IMG/VR virus record: IMGVR_UViG_3300045988_079139
Coordinates: 68,378 to 132,377 of that record
Strand: one strand, 5' to 3'
From: a virus
DNA length: 64,000 bases
Positions 10,252 to 18,268 of the stretch are shown piece by piece. The notes below the pieces were generated by a model. The model was not told the DNA's origin and did no database searches. It saw only the letters and a program-made list of their open reading frames with translations. How positions within the stretch are numbered: the stretch's first letter is position 1; every line of letters begins with the position of its first letter. The position numbers and the translations under genes were made by a program.

Positions 10252-11737
10252 TACTCACCATTTCATAATCATAAGTAGTACAGAACATCGGCTTGATTCT
10301 ACAACAACCCAAGTCTGCCTTACACCATAAGATAACACCTTTATATCGTCCTCGTCTATTTTTGTAAATTGACATTTTAATTGTAGGTCTTTCAAAAATA
10401 TTAGAGGACAATATATTTTCCAGAGCTACTAAATCATCATCTTTTACAGACAATAAAATAGCACCATAGTCAATCTTATCTGCGATTGCCTTAGCGCCAC
10501 GCAGTAGGTTCTGGTCAGGGGTTTTACTATCTTGATAATCACCGTTCAACTGAGTGGCTGACATAATAAACACACCATACTGATTACAGATATCTTTCAA
10601 TCTTGTTGATAGCATGAACAGAATATTATCTTCGCGCAGCTTAACTCCGCCCGAACGTTTTGTGATTTCTTCCAAGATTTTCAAACTTGTATGAATATAA
10701 TCGTGGAACACATATTTAACATCGTGTTCACGAATATTCTTCTTAATTTTATTCTCAACATCCTGTAGAGAGAAGTCAGGCAACTCTTCTACATAAATGG
10801 GACTTTCTTTCAAAAGTTTTGCGGCCTGGAGTACTCGTTCCTCTTCGCCCTCACCATATTCGCCATTAAGGATATGTTCCTCATTGACATTAGATAAGAA
10901 CGCAAGCATCATAGTCTGAATTTCTTCAAGCTCCTGCTCGGTTGTGATGAACAATACTGGTTCCGCAGGTCCACTACCAATCCAACCAAAATTCTCGTCA
11001 TAAATCTTATTACAGCCAATATAGCAGCAGTCCGCAATCATTGAACGAGTTTTACCGATACCAGTTGCTGCAGAACGAAGATAAAATTTCTTCAATCTTG
11101 CGCCACGAGTAACTGTGTTGATAAGTGGTCCATATAGAGGTACACCAACTTCTGGATGCTCCTTAAACTTTTCAATTAGGTCAAAAATACCGTCACCGGC
11201 TTGTTGGGCTTCGCCAAAGGCGTCGTCAACATACTGCAACCTAATTGCATCAATCTTTTCATCAACCTTGTTTGCGATTTCTTCAAGTGTCGCATTATCA
11301 AGATGGTCCTCCTGTAACTGCTTCTTTTTTGTATCTAGAATATTATCTGCGTCATAAATGTCTGTAACATCAATTCCGCAGTTATCATATGCACGAAGCA
11401 AAGAGAACTTCTTTAGTCGTCCATAATAATAATCAAATGCTGATGGCATAGCGTTCTCTGAAATTTTCAGTAACCACTCTTCGCCCTTGCCTTGCTTATA
11501 TACCGCAGCACTCTTGGGTCTTGACGATAAGAAATCGGAAATGCTTTCCAATGTGATTTTATTCGCACCCAGTTCATGGATTTTATAAATCGCACCAAAA
11601 ACGGTTTTATGGAAAGGGTCTGCGAAATCTTCATCGACAATTGAATATCTATCAGTCGCTTCCAGAAGCTGAGGGGTATTAAACACGCAGCCAATGACCT
11701 GCATAATTGCAGTTGTGTCTACATACTTACTGCCCAT
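10196..11737 (-). CDS. dnaB: DnaB-like replicative DNA helicase
   Basis: DnaB N-terminal domain features (AIMQVIGCVFNTPQLL...DFADPFHKTVFGAIYKI) and a RecA-like core with P-loop AATGIGKTRSM. Confidence 0.8.
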   Translation of the reverse strand: MGSKYVDTTAIMQVIGCVFNTPQLLEATDRYSIVDEDFADPFHKTVFGAIYKIHELGANKITLESISDFLSSRPKSAAVYKQGKGEEWLLKISENAMPSAFDYYYGRLKKFSLLRAYDNCGIDVTDIYDADNILDTKKKQLQEDHLDNATLEEIANKVDEKIDAIRLQYVDDAFGEAQQAGDGIFDLIEKFKEHPEVGVPLYGPLINTVTRGARLKKFYLRSAATGIGKTRSMIADCCYIGCNKIYDENFGWIGSGPAEPVLFITTEQELEEIQTMMLAFLSNVNEEHILNGEYGEGEEERVLQAAKLLKESPIYVEELPDFSLQDVENKIKKNIREHDVKYVFHDYIHTSLKILEEITKRSGGVKLREDNILFMLSTRLKDICNQYGVFIMSATQLNGDYQDSKTPDQNLLRGAKAIADKIDYGAILLSVKDDDLVALENILSSNIFERPTIKMSIYKNRRGRYKGVILWCKADLGCCRIKPMFCTTYDYEMVSIDDVRIRIDDESAFECED

Positions 11738-11740
11738 TAT

Positions 11741-12400
11741 TTACTCCTCCTCGTCTAAAAATGTGAATAATGGTCTTTTCTTAACTTTACGCTCTGGTCT
11801 CGGGATTACAATCTCTTTGACTTTTGGAGTATAAAGTTCAACTTCAACATCTTTGTTCTTTTGCTGAGCAAGCCATAATTGATAATGGTAGTTATACGCG
11901 GCTTCGTATACATAAGGCACAATACCGATACCACCATTTGCTTTTGACTTGTCTCCGCCTTTTATTTCATAATGGTAAATTAATGCTTTGCGAATTCCCG
12001 AATATGTATAATTAAATTCTTCAACATACTTTTTAATTTGCGCTCTCACTCTTGGGTCAATATAAGTTGTGCCGAATAAATCTTTAATATAATCTTCTAA
12101 TTGCTCTTTATCCGTTTTTTCTCTTTTTTCTTCAAGTGCTTGACACGCTTTATGAACATATTTACCATTTCCAATCATAACGCAATCTTCGTCTTTCTTG
12201 GACATTGGCTTTTGACAATATGCACAAGTTACATTATCAAGTGGGTCGATAATTTCTTTCTTTACATAAGTTGGGTCCTTTTCGGCTTCACGAAGCATAC
12301 AGGCAGCGTGTGCATAGCGACGCGCACCAATCAACGCATACTCTTCTTTATCTCTATCAAACTTCTGTTTACAATAAGGACAGAGAACCATATGTGCCAT
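11741..12400 (-). CDS. zinc-finger protein (possible helicase/primase accessory)
   Basis: Two CxxC...HxxC modules (CPYCKQ...HAAC; CAYCQK...HKAC). Sits between DnaB-like and Sak4-like genes and has its own consensus promoter upstream. Confidence 0.5.
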   Translation of the reverse strand: MAHMVLCPYCKQKFDRDKEEYALIGARRYAHAACMLREAEKDPTYVKKEIIDPLDNVTCAYCQKPMSKKDEDCVMIGNGKYVHKACQALEEKREKTDKEQLEDYIKDLFGTTYIDPRVRAQIKKYVEEFNYTYSGIRKALIYHYEIKGGDKSKANGGIGIVPYVYEAAYNYHYQLWLAQQKNKDVEVELYTPKVKEIVIPRPERKVKKRPLFTFLDEEE

Positions 12401-12434
12401 ACCTTATGCTCCTTTCTTACATTTCTTATAATAT

Positions 12435-12463
12435 ATTATACCATAAAAAATAAAAAAAATCAA
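12435..12463 (-). promoter_or_regulatory. sigma-A-like promoter TTGATT-N17-TATAAT
   Basis: Forward attata 12435-12440, aatcaa 12458-12463. Confidence 0.55.
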
Positions 12464-12485
12464 GTCGGAGCGGAACGCCCCGACC
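12464..12485 (-). terminator. intrinsic terminator hairpin
   Basis: gtcggagcg gaa cgccccgac preceded by an A-run on the forward strand. Confidence 0.45.
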
Positions 12486-12497
12486 TGATACAAATTC

Positions 12498-13469
12498 TTA
12501 CATTAGGTCAGACTTGATGTCACTAACAATCAAGTGAATGAACTCAGCCTGTTCAGGAGTACTATCGCTAACCTTCTTGCCCTTGCCAAGGTACTTCTCA
12601 ACAATAGCAGTAATCTTAGGACCATTAGTAGTACCCTTACTCATTAGAGTGCCAACCAAATCCTGGAACTCAGCCATCAATGCGTCATAATCATAAGTCA
12701 CAGCAACGGGAGCAACAATACGCTCGGTAGTAACGAACATATTGGAAGTTTCCTGTGCTTCCTTATCAATAGCTTCATTCAAAGCATTAACAAGGTTCTT
12801 ATAACTCATAACAATTTCAGTAGGCATATGCTTGAAGCGGCAACCGCACTCAATAGTACCAGAGCCGTCACGCAGAGTCAGAACAGACATTTCGCCAGCT
12901 GCCTTCTGGTGAGCATAACCATAAATGTCAGCCATACCAGCAATAACAGTCTTAGTAGAGTTACTCAAAGTAGGACGAATCTTCATAGTCTTAGTGCCGT
13001 CAGGATTATCGATGGACTCAGGCTTATCGTGTCCAATGAAGAACACAGCGTAGCCAAGCTGAGTTAAACCACGGAATACTTCGTTGAACTCGTCCTTGAA
13101 CTTAGTCCAACCCTTACCGTAGCCCAGGTCACCCAGGTCTTCGATACCGTTCTGATTACAAATGTACTTCTTGCAGCGGTCAGCGGCAATGTCAATAGTG
13201 TCAATAATAATGGAACGGAAAGTTGCCTGAACTTCAGGCTGCTTCAACTGACGGTAAACCTGCTTCATTTCAGCCCAGGAAGTAATGTCCTGTGCCACGA
13301 TACCAGGCAGAGCATGGTAACCAGGCTCGAAAGCTAGAAGCAGAGGCTTTTCCATCTGTGCAGCAAGAGTAGTCTTGCCGCACTTAGGAGCGCCGTAAAT
13401 ATATGTGATGTAACCACTTAGGTCACGAGAAACTTTATGAGGCTGTAGAGCCAATAAATCAATTGCCAT
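12498..13469 (-). CDS. Sak4-like RecA-family ATPase (AAA_24)
   Basis: Walker A GAPKCGKTTLAAQ followed by IIIDTIDIAADR. Confidence 0.7.
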   Translation of the reverse strand: MAIDLLALQPHKVSRDLSGYITYIYGAPKCGKTTLAAQMEKPLLLAFEPGYHALPGIVAQDITSWAEMKQVYRQLKQPEVQATFRSIIIDTIDIAADRCKKYICNQNGIEDLGDLGYGKGWTKFKDEFNEVFRGLTQLGYAVFFIGHDKPESIDNPDGTKTMKIRPTLSNSTKTVIAGMADIYGYAHQKAAGEMSVLTLRDGSGTIECGCRFKHMPTEIVMSYKNLVNALNEAIDKEAQETSNMFVTTERIVAPVAVTYDYDALMAEFQDLVGTLMSKGTTNGPKITAIVEKYLGKGKKVSDSTPEQAEFIHLIVSDIKSDLM

Positions 13470-13492
13470 GTTTATGTCCTCCTCAGTTTAAA

Positions 13493-14434
13493 TTAGAAAT
13501 TAAATCCGCCCTGAGCAGGAGCTGCAGCAGCCTTAGGAGCAGCGTTACGGGATGCCTTGTACTCATCCTGACGCTTCTTCATAGCAGCCAAATCAACTTC
13601 ACGTCTCTGAATAGCTTCATTCATTTCAGCAGCAGTGATGGAACTCTCGTCGTCCCACAGATAAGGTTCCTTAGCAGCACCAGTGATAACGAAATCACGG
13701 CGAGTATTCTTAACCTCACGAACTTCATCCTCACCAAATGCGGACTCAGTTACAATTTGACGAACGATGGTCTCAGAAACCTGACGACCCCAAACGCAAG
13801 TGAAGACAGGGTTCTTCTGAGTAGCCTCAAGGCTCTCGAAGTATCTCATAGCGTTAGGATTAGTAGCGCTGAACTCAACAGGAAGCAAACTCTTACGGAA
13901 GTCGAAGATAGCACCCTTAACAATGCACTTCTCAGGCAAGTTCTTCTCTTCATCAGCATCGATATGAGTTACAGTAGTAATAACCATATCAGCCTTGAAA
14001 GTGTTACGAACCTTTTCATCCTCGTCCAAAGCATCAACCTTATGAACGAAGCCACCCTCGTTACGCTTTGCGGAAACCAACTCTTCCTTACCATTGCGGT
14101 CGGTGAAGAATTCATTCAGGCCCAAAGCGGAATCAACACGAAGCTTAACTGCCTTATCGGCACCATCCTTCATATAAGAACCGAAAGTACCATTTACGAT
14201 GTTGCTCAAAGTAGTGAAAGTATCGTTGGGCTTGCCAGAACCAAAAGTTGCAGTCACATAAGTGAAGTGAACAGGAACAATGTTGGTCATAGCATCGTCA
14301 GTTGCGATACTAATAGTACCAGAGATAAACTTGGTACCAGGATTCTTGGAATTCTCGCCAGACTCCTTGATAGTCAAGTCATGCTCGTATAAAACACCTT
14401 CGATGTGAGTCTGATTAATCATAGTCTTTTTCAT
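13493..14434 (-). CDS. putative ssDNA-binding / recombination-associated protein (DUF2815-like, uncertain)
   Basis: 313-aa ORF immediately downstream of the Sak4-like gene, with an Ala-rich tail ending GGFNF. Assignment is by gene context only. Confidence 0.35.
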   Translation of the reverse strand: MKKTMINQTHIEGVLYEHDLTIKESGENSKNPGTKFISGTISIATDDAMTNIVPVHFTYVTATFGSGKPNDTFTTLSNIVNGTFGSYMKDGADKAVKLRVDSALGLNEFFTDRNGKEELVSAKRNEGGFVHKVDALDEDEKVRNTFKADMVITTVTHIDADEEKNLPEKCIVKGAIFDFRKSLLPVEFSATNPNAMRYFESLEATQKNPVFTCVWGRQVSETIVRQIVTESAFGEDEVREVKNTRRDFVITGAAKEPYLWDDESSITAAEMNEAIQRREVDLAAMKKRQDEYKASRNAAPKAAAAPAQGGFNF

Positions 14435-14450
14435 AATTCAAAAAATCTCC

Positions 14451-14804
14451 TTATTCAATATCAATATTTTTTCCATTGTCAGTGATAGAGTAAATAACAG
14501 GGTCCTGACCAACCTTTTCGACAAAGCCATCAGTTACGAGCTTGCGCATCGCACCGGAGACCGCACGAGAACTAATAAACAGACCTTCAGCGATATCTCT
14601 TGCCTTCCACATAGGAGTTTCCTGATGCTCCTGGAGGAACTTCAGAATCAACTTACCATTGTCGGTGAACAAAGGCTTTTCGCCATTTTCATCTAGTCCA
14701 CAAAATGCAGACCAGTACAAACTGGCATCTTCATTGGGTTGTACGCCCGGAGCCGCGATAATCAACTCATTTACATACTTAATAAATTCTTGCTTTTTAC
14801 TCAT
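14451..14804 (-). CDS. winged-helix (MarR-like) DNA-binding protein
   Basis: HTH-like ISSRAVSGAMRKLVTDGFVEK. Confidence 0.5.
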   Translation of the reverse strand: MSKKQEFIKYVNELIIAAPGVQPNEDASLYWSAFCGLDENGEKPLFTDNGKLILKFLQEHQETPMWKARDIAEGLFISSRAVSGAMRKLVTDGFVEKVGQDPVIYSITDNGKNIDIE

Positions 14805-14848
14805 TTTTGTAATTAACTCACTTTCTTTTTTTCTTACCTTGTATATAT

Positions 14849-14877
14849 ATTATAACAAATTTAATTTAAAAAATCAA
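14849..14877 (-). promoter_or_regulatory. sigma-A-like promoter TTGATT-N17-TATAAT
   Basis: Forward attata 14849-14854, aatcaa 14872-14877. Confidence 0.55.
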
Positions 14878-15395
14878 CTAATTCTGTCATATTGCCAGAA
14901 CTGATAAGTTAAATCATTATGAGTTAGTAGCTGTCCGCACGCAGCAGGAGCCCACTCTTCCGATTTATCTAGGTTCGGGAAATAAGTGTCAACATTATCG
15001 TGGTCTTTATAAATTTTTGTCACATAAACACGGTCACAAAAAGGAAGTAATTGTTGATAAATTGAACCTCCGCCGATAACGAACCATTCTTCTTCCTCGG
15101 CTGGGTTTACTAAAGCATCGCGTTTCATATAAACCATTCGTACCATTACTTCTTCCATATCAATACGAATGCTCATATCACCCAATACTTCTCTTGGTTT
15201 ACTAGAAACCACTATGTTCAATCTATCTTTTAGGGGCTTCTTGGGGAGGGAGTCCCAGGTTTTACTCCCCATCACTACAACATGGCTAGTAGTGAGTTCC
15301 TTGAAATATTTCAAGTCTTCTGGAATATGTTCCAATAGGTCTCCATTATAACCAATTCCCCAATTATTATCAACAGCAACAATTGCAGAAATCAT
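14874..15395 (-). CDS. folA: dihydrofolate reductase
   Basis: MISAIVAVDNNWGIGYNGDLLEHIPEDLKYFKELT...VVMGSKTW. Confidence 0.85.
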   Translation of the reverse strand: MISAIVAVDNNWGIGYNGDLLEHIPEDLKYFKELTTSHVVVMGSKTWDSLPKKPLKDRLNIVVSSKPREVLGDMSIRIDMEEVMVRMVYMKRDALVNPAEEEEWFVIGGGSIYQQLLPFCDRVYVTKIYKDHDNVDTYFPNLDKSEEWAPAACGQLLTHNDLTYQFWQYDRIS

Positions 15396-15396
15396 T

Positions 15397-16302
15397 TTAA
15401 ATTCCCAACTCCAATTTCAACTGTGGCTTCATAGGTTCATAATTCTCCATAGTGAAGTCATCAATTGTCATTTCAAAGAAATTAGTTGCGTTTGGATTCA
15501 ATACAAGCATAGGTTTACCCTTTGCTTTCCAAGCTTCAATATCGCTTTCAAACAATTCAAAATCTTTGTCGATTTTTTCCTTGTATCTCTCAAGCATTAC
15601 ATCAGCTGCTTCTAAATGACGGTCATAAATCTGTTCATTAGCAACCAAATGTGAGAATACACCGGGCTTATAGCCAGTATGACGAGCAATCATCATTAAC
15701 AAAGCCGCGTATTGAATTTCATTAATTCCACCAGGTCCAGAAGCAGTAAGCATATCACCACTTCTCTGAACAAGAACCATATCCAGATATTCTCCACGAA
15801 CATTCCAAATTGTTTGGAACGCACAAGGAGCAAGTCCAGCTGTTTCTCGCAGGTCAGTTTCCTGCCAAAGTGAAACAATTTTACGGCGGCCATATGGGTC
15901 ATTCTTAATGTCTTCGATTAAACGATTAATCAAGTCATAGCGAGCTACGGTCGCACCATATCGCTGTCCGATAGTGCCATCGCCAATATCCCATTCTCCC
16001 CACCAAGTAACACCACGCTCACACATTTCAGCAATGTTATTAGTAGGCTTCTGATAAATGGTAAAAATTTCTTTAATACCAGTTTTCCAAGCCTGTGGGC
16101 GTAGAGTGCAAATTGGGAAATTGCCCTTACTTAAATCATAAGTTCTAAAAGTATGATTTACAGAAAAGGTATGTGCGGGAGTGCCGTCCGCATAGTGAGG
16201 ACGAGGATTTTCATCCTTATATCCATAGGCTTTAATGTCCTTAATCATGGACTCCATATAACTATCAGCATTATATACTAAATTCATATCATCAATCCTC
16301 AT
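15397..16302 (-). CDS. thyA: thymidylate synthase family protein (ThyA-like; variant active site PCA / QRSGD)
   Basis: Aligns along its length to ThyA (TWWGEWD, IKNDPYGRRKIVSLWQ, LAPCAF..., VQRSGDM, GINEIQYAALL). The His after the catalytic Cys is missing and a Gly replaces the usual Cys in QRSCD. An Asn is retained at the pyrimidine-specificity position. Confidence 0.75.
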   Translation of the reverse strand: MRIDDMNLVYNADSYMESMIKDIKAYGYKDENPRPHYADGTPAHTFSVNHTFRTYDLSKGNFPICTLRPQAWKTGIKEIFTIYQKPTNNIAEMCERGVTWWGEWDIGDGTIGQRYGATVARYDLINRLIEDIKNDPYGRRKIVSLWQETDLRETAGLAPCAFQTIWNVRGEYLDMVLVQRSGDMLTASGPGGINEIQYAALLMMIARHTGYKPGVFSHLVANEQIYDRHLEAADVMLERYKEKIDKDFELFESDIEAWKAKGKPMLVLNPNATNFFEMTIDDFTMENYEPMKPQLKLELGI

Positions 16303-16564
16303 TAGACAAACTATATCCAGTTAATTTACAATCAATGTAATTTTGAACAAAAACTTCCATTTCATCAATCATTACATCACCTTCGTACTCGCCATTAAAG
16401 AGTTCACTATAACTGATAAAATCAATACCAGTAATGCCATATGCATGGGCTTTTGCTCTCATGGCGTGTGGATTCATACAGGCAATCGCGGAATTAGTTT
16501 CCTTTGCCAAAAGCATCAATCTACTTGTCTTGCCGGAACTACGGCTATCAATAATACGATACAT
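16292..16564 (-). CDS. hypothetical protein
   Basis: 90-aa ORF. Confidence 0.45.
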   Translation of the reverse strand: MYRIIDSRSSGKTSRLMLLAKETNSAIACMNPHAMRAKAHAYGITGIDFISYSELFNGEYEGDVMIDEMEVFVQNYIDCKLTGYSLSNED

Positions 16565-16579
16565 AAATTAACTCCTTTT

Positions 16580-17572
16580 TTATTTAATACTATATCCAAA
16601 CTCTTTTGCTTTAAAATAATCTTGCCAGAAATCTTCTCTTTCGTCCAGTAGGGTACGGTCGCACTCTTCAACAATCTCGAAAGTAAAGTTCTCGGGTCCG
16701 GCCGCGATCATCGCAGGATATAATTTATTACGAGTGGGTGTTTCAGCACCTACTCCTCTTTTGATATGCTATTTCCATCTATCTGCAATATTAGCAGCTT
16801 GTCCGACATAGCACTTTCCAGTAGCAATCTCGGTTAATTTATAGATACCAGTATGAACGCCAGAACCTACAACTCTACCAATCATATCAGTAGTTGGTTT
16901 TTCGTAATAGCATTTCCATATAACCTTATTTAAAGGCTCTTTATCGCGCAAATAGGGTTCTACTTCACGCAGAAGCTCAATTTCGTGGAGGTCTGCGGCA
17001 GAAAGCTAAATGCGATAGTAGTCTTGCTGGTCTTTCATTTCAGCTGCTCTCTTGGCTGCGGCAACAGCTGCGTCATTCATGGAGCGCATAAGAGCAACAT
17101 TTCCCTCTAAGGATTTGTACTATTCCATTAAGGTAGCTACGGTTTCTTGATACTATACTTCAAAAGAGGCAACATTCTCTTGATATTTCTAAGCTTCAAT
17201 CTCCAGAGAGCGAGCTAGATTTTCTTGAGCAACTTCCATTTTTGAAGTATAAAATAAATCAGCAGCTTCTTGAGCCTGCCTTTCCATAGCTGTAAGACTA
17301 CTATTCAAAGTATTAATCTATTCAATGGCTGAATCCTTTTGGAGTAGCAGCCTAGTGTTTTCTTCGGTAAGTCGTTTAGTTTCATTTTCAAGCCATATGC
17401 GACCTTCTTCAGCTAAACGATTCTATTCTAAAATTTCTTCGTTCCTCTAAGCAGTCTGCGTATCTAACTCCTACGCCGCCTAAATGCGGGGACGCAGAAT
17501 GCGATATACAACATATCCCGTAATAAGAGACGATAAGATGAACGAAATTAGAAAGATAAGTAATTCCACCAT
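16580..17572 (-). CDS. TAG-interrupted ORF: N-terminal TM helix + long coiled coil + C-terminal GIY-YIG nuclease domain (I-TevI-like catalytic domain)
   Basis: One reading frame of about 330 codons with no TAA/TGA but 11 in-frame TAG codons (forward-strand cta at about 16769, 17006, 17120, 17153, 17189, 17318, 17423, 17447, 17471, 17480, 17534). C-terminus reads GIYKLTEIATGKCYVGQAANIADRWK-TAG-HIKRG...ENFTFEIVEECDRTLLDEREDFWQ. This aligns to I-TevI GIYQIKNTLNNKVYVGSAKDFEKRWKRHFKDL...NVFECSILEE...ERENFW. It is intact only if TAG is read as an amino acid. Confidence 0.5.
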
Positions 17573-17588
17573 ATGGAAGAAAAATGGG

Positions 17589-17616
17589 GTAAGATATTAA
17601 AATATCTTACCCCTTG
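17589..17616 (-). terminator. intrinsic terminator (13-bp perfect stem)
   Basis: ggggtaagatatt aaa atatcttacccc followed on the minus strand by tttttcttcc. Confidence 0.6.
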
Positions 17617-17628
17617 TATATGTCAAAA

Positions 17629-17904
17629 TTACTCAGCAGCTTCTTCAGTTGCATCAGGATCGAAGCTCATGCCTGCAGGAGTCAGAGACAGGAACTTAAC
17701 CTGCTTGTGAGTACCATCCTCCAGCTCGATCTCGGCGGGAGTACGAACACCCAAGCCCTTGCGCTGAATAGCGGAAGTGAAGATGCCATCAACAGAGCGC
17801 TTCTCCAAACCTAGAGCAGCAGCAACGTCAGCAGCAGTTACATTCTCGCCAGCAATCTCCTTCAAATAATTTAGAACCTTCTTGGAATTTTCCTTCATAG
17901 CCAT
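17629..17904 (-). CDS. hypothetical protein (possible small DNA-binding regulator)
   Basis: 91-aa ORF; consensus promoter upstream (17978-18006); perfect hairpin terminator downstream (17589-17616). Confidence 0.5.
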   Translation of the reverse strand: MAMKENSKKVLNYLKEIAGENVTAADVAAALGLEKRSVDGIFTSAIQRKGLGVRTPAEIELEDGTHKQVKFLSLTPAGMSFDPDATEEAAE

Positions 17905-17977
17905 AGTAAATAATCTCCTTTTTAAATAAATATTTTTCTTTTTAGTTTATATTTTCTAACCTCTCGGTTATGTAAAT

Positions 17978-18006
17978 ATTATATCAAAAAATTTTTGAAA
18001 AGTCAA
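17978..18006 (-). promoter_or_regulatory. sigma-A-like promoter TTGACT-N17-TATAAT
   Basis: Forward attata 17978-17983, agtcaa 18001-18006. Confidence 0.55.
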
Positions 18007-18015
18007 GAATTTTTT

Positions 18016-18207
18016 TTAATTTTTTTCAAGCAGTTCCATCACAAGCTCGTCAATAGCGACCATATCTTCCAGTCTATCGACGGAACTTGAAAGACGCATA
18101 ATTTCCTCTTCTGCTTGGTGGACAGCCTTTTTATCATCACTTGTTTGGATGATTCTTTCGCACTTGGCGATTTTAGCCGCCAAATTCTTGAGTTCTTTTT
18201 TCTTCAT
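18016..18207 (-). CDS. hypothetical small coiled-coil protein
   Basis: 63-aa ORF with TTGACA-N17-TATAAT upstream. Confidence 0.4.
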   Translation of the reverse strand: MKKKELKNLAAKIAKCERIIQTSDDKKAVHQAEEEIMRLSSSVDRLEDMVAIDELVMELLEKN

Positions 18208-18239
18208 TGAAAATTTTCATCCTTAATCTTTACGATTTT

Positions 18240-18268
18240 ATTATACAAAAAATTTTTCTTTTTGTCAA
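18240..18268 (-). promoter_or_regulatory. sigma-A-like promoter TTGACA-N17-TATAAT
   Basis: Forward attata 18240-18245, tgtcaa 18263-18268. Confidence 0.55.

Noticed and set aside
13463-14392. 309-aa plus-strand ORF.
   Set aside because: Shadow of the minus-strand gene 13493..14434. Every neighbouring gene and signal is minus-oriented.
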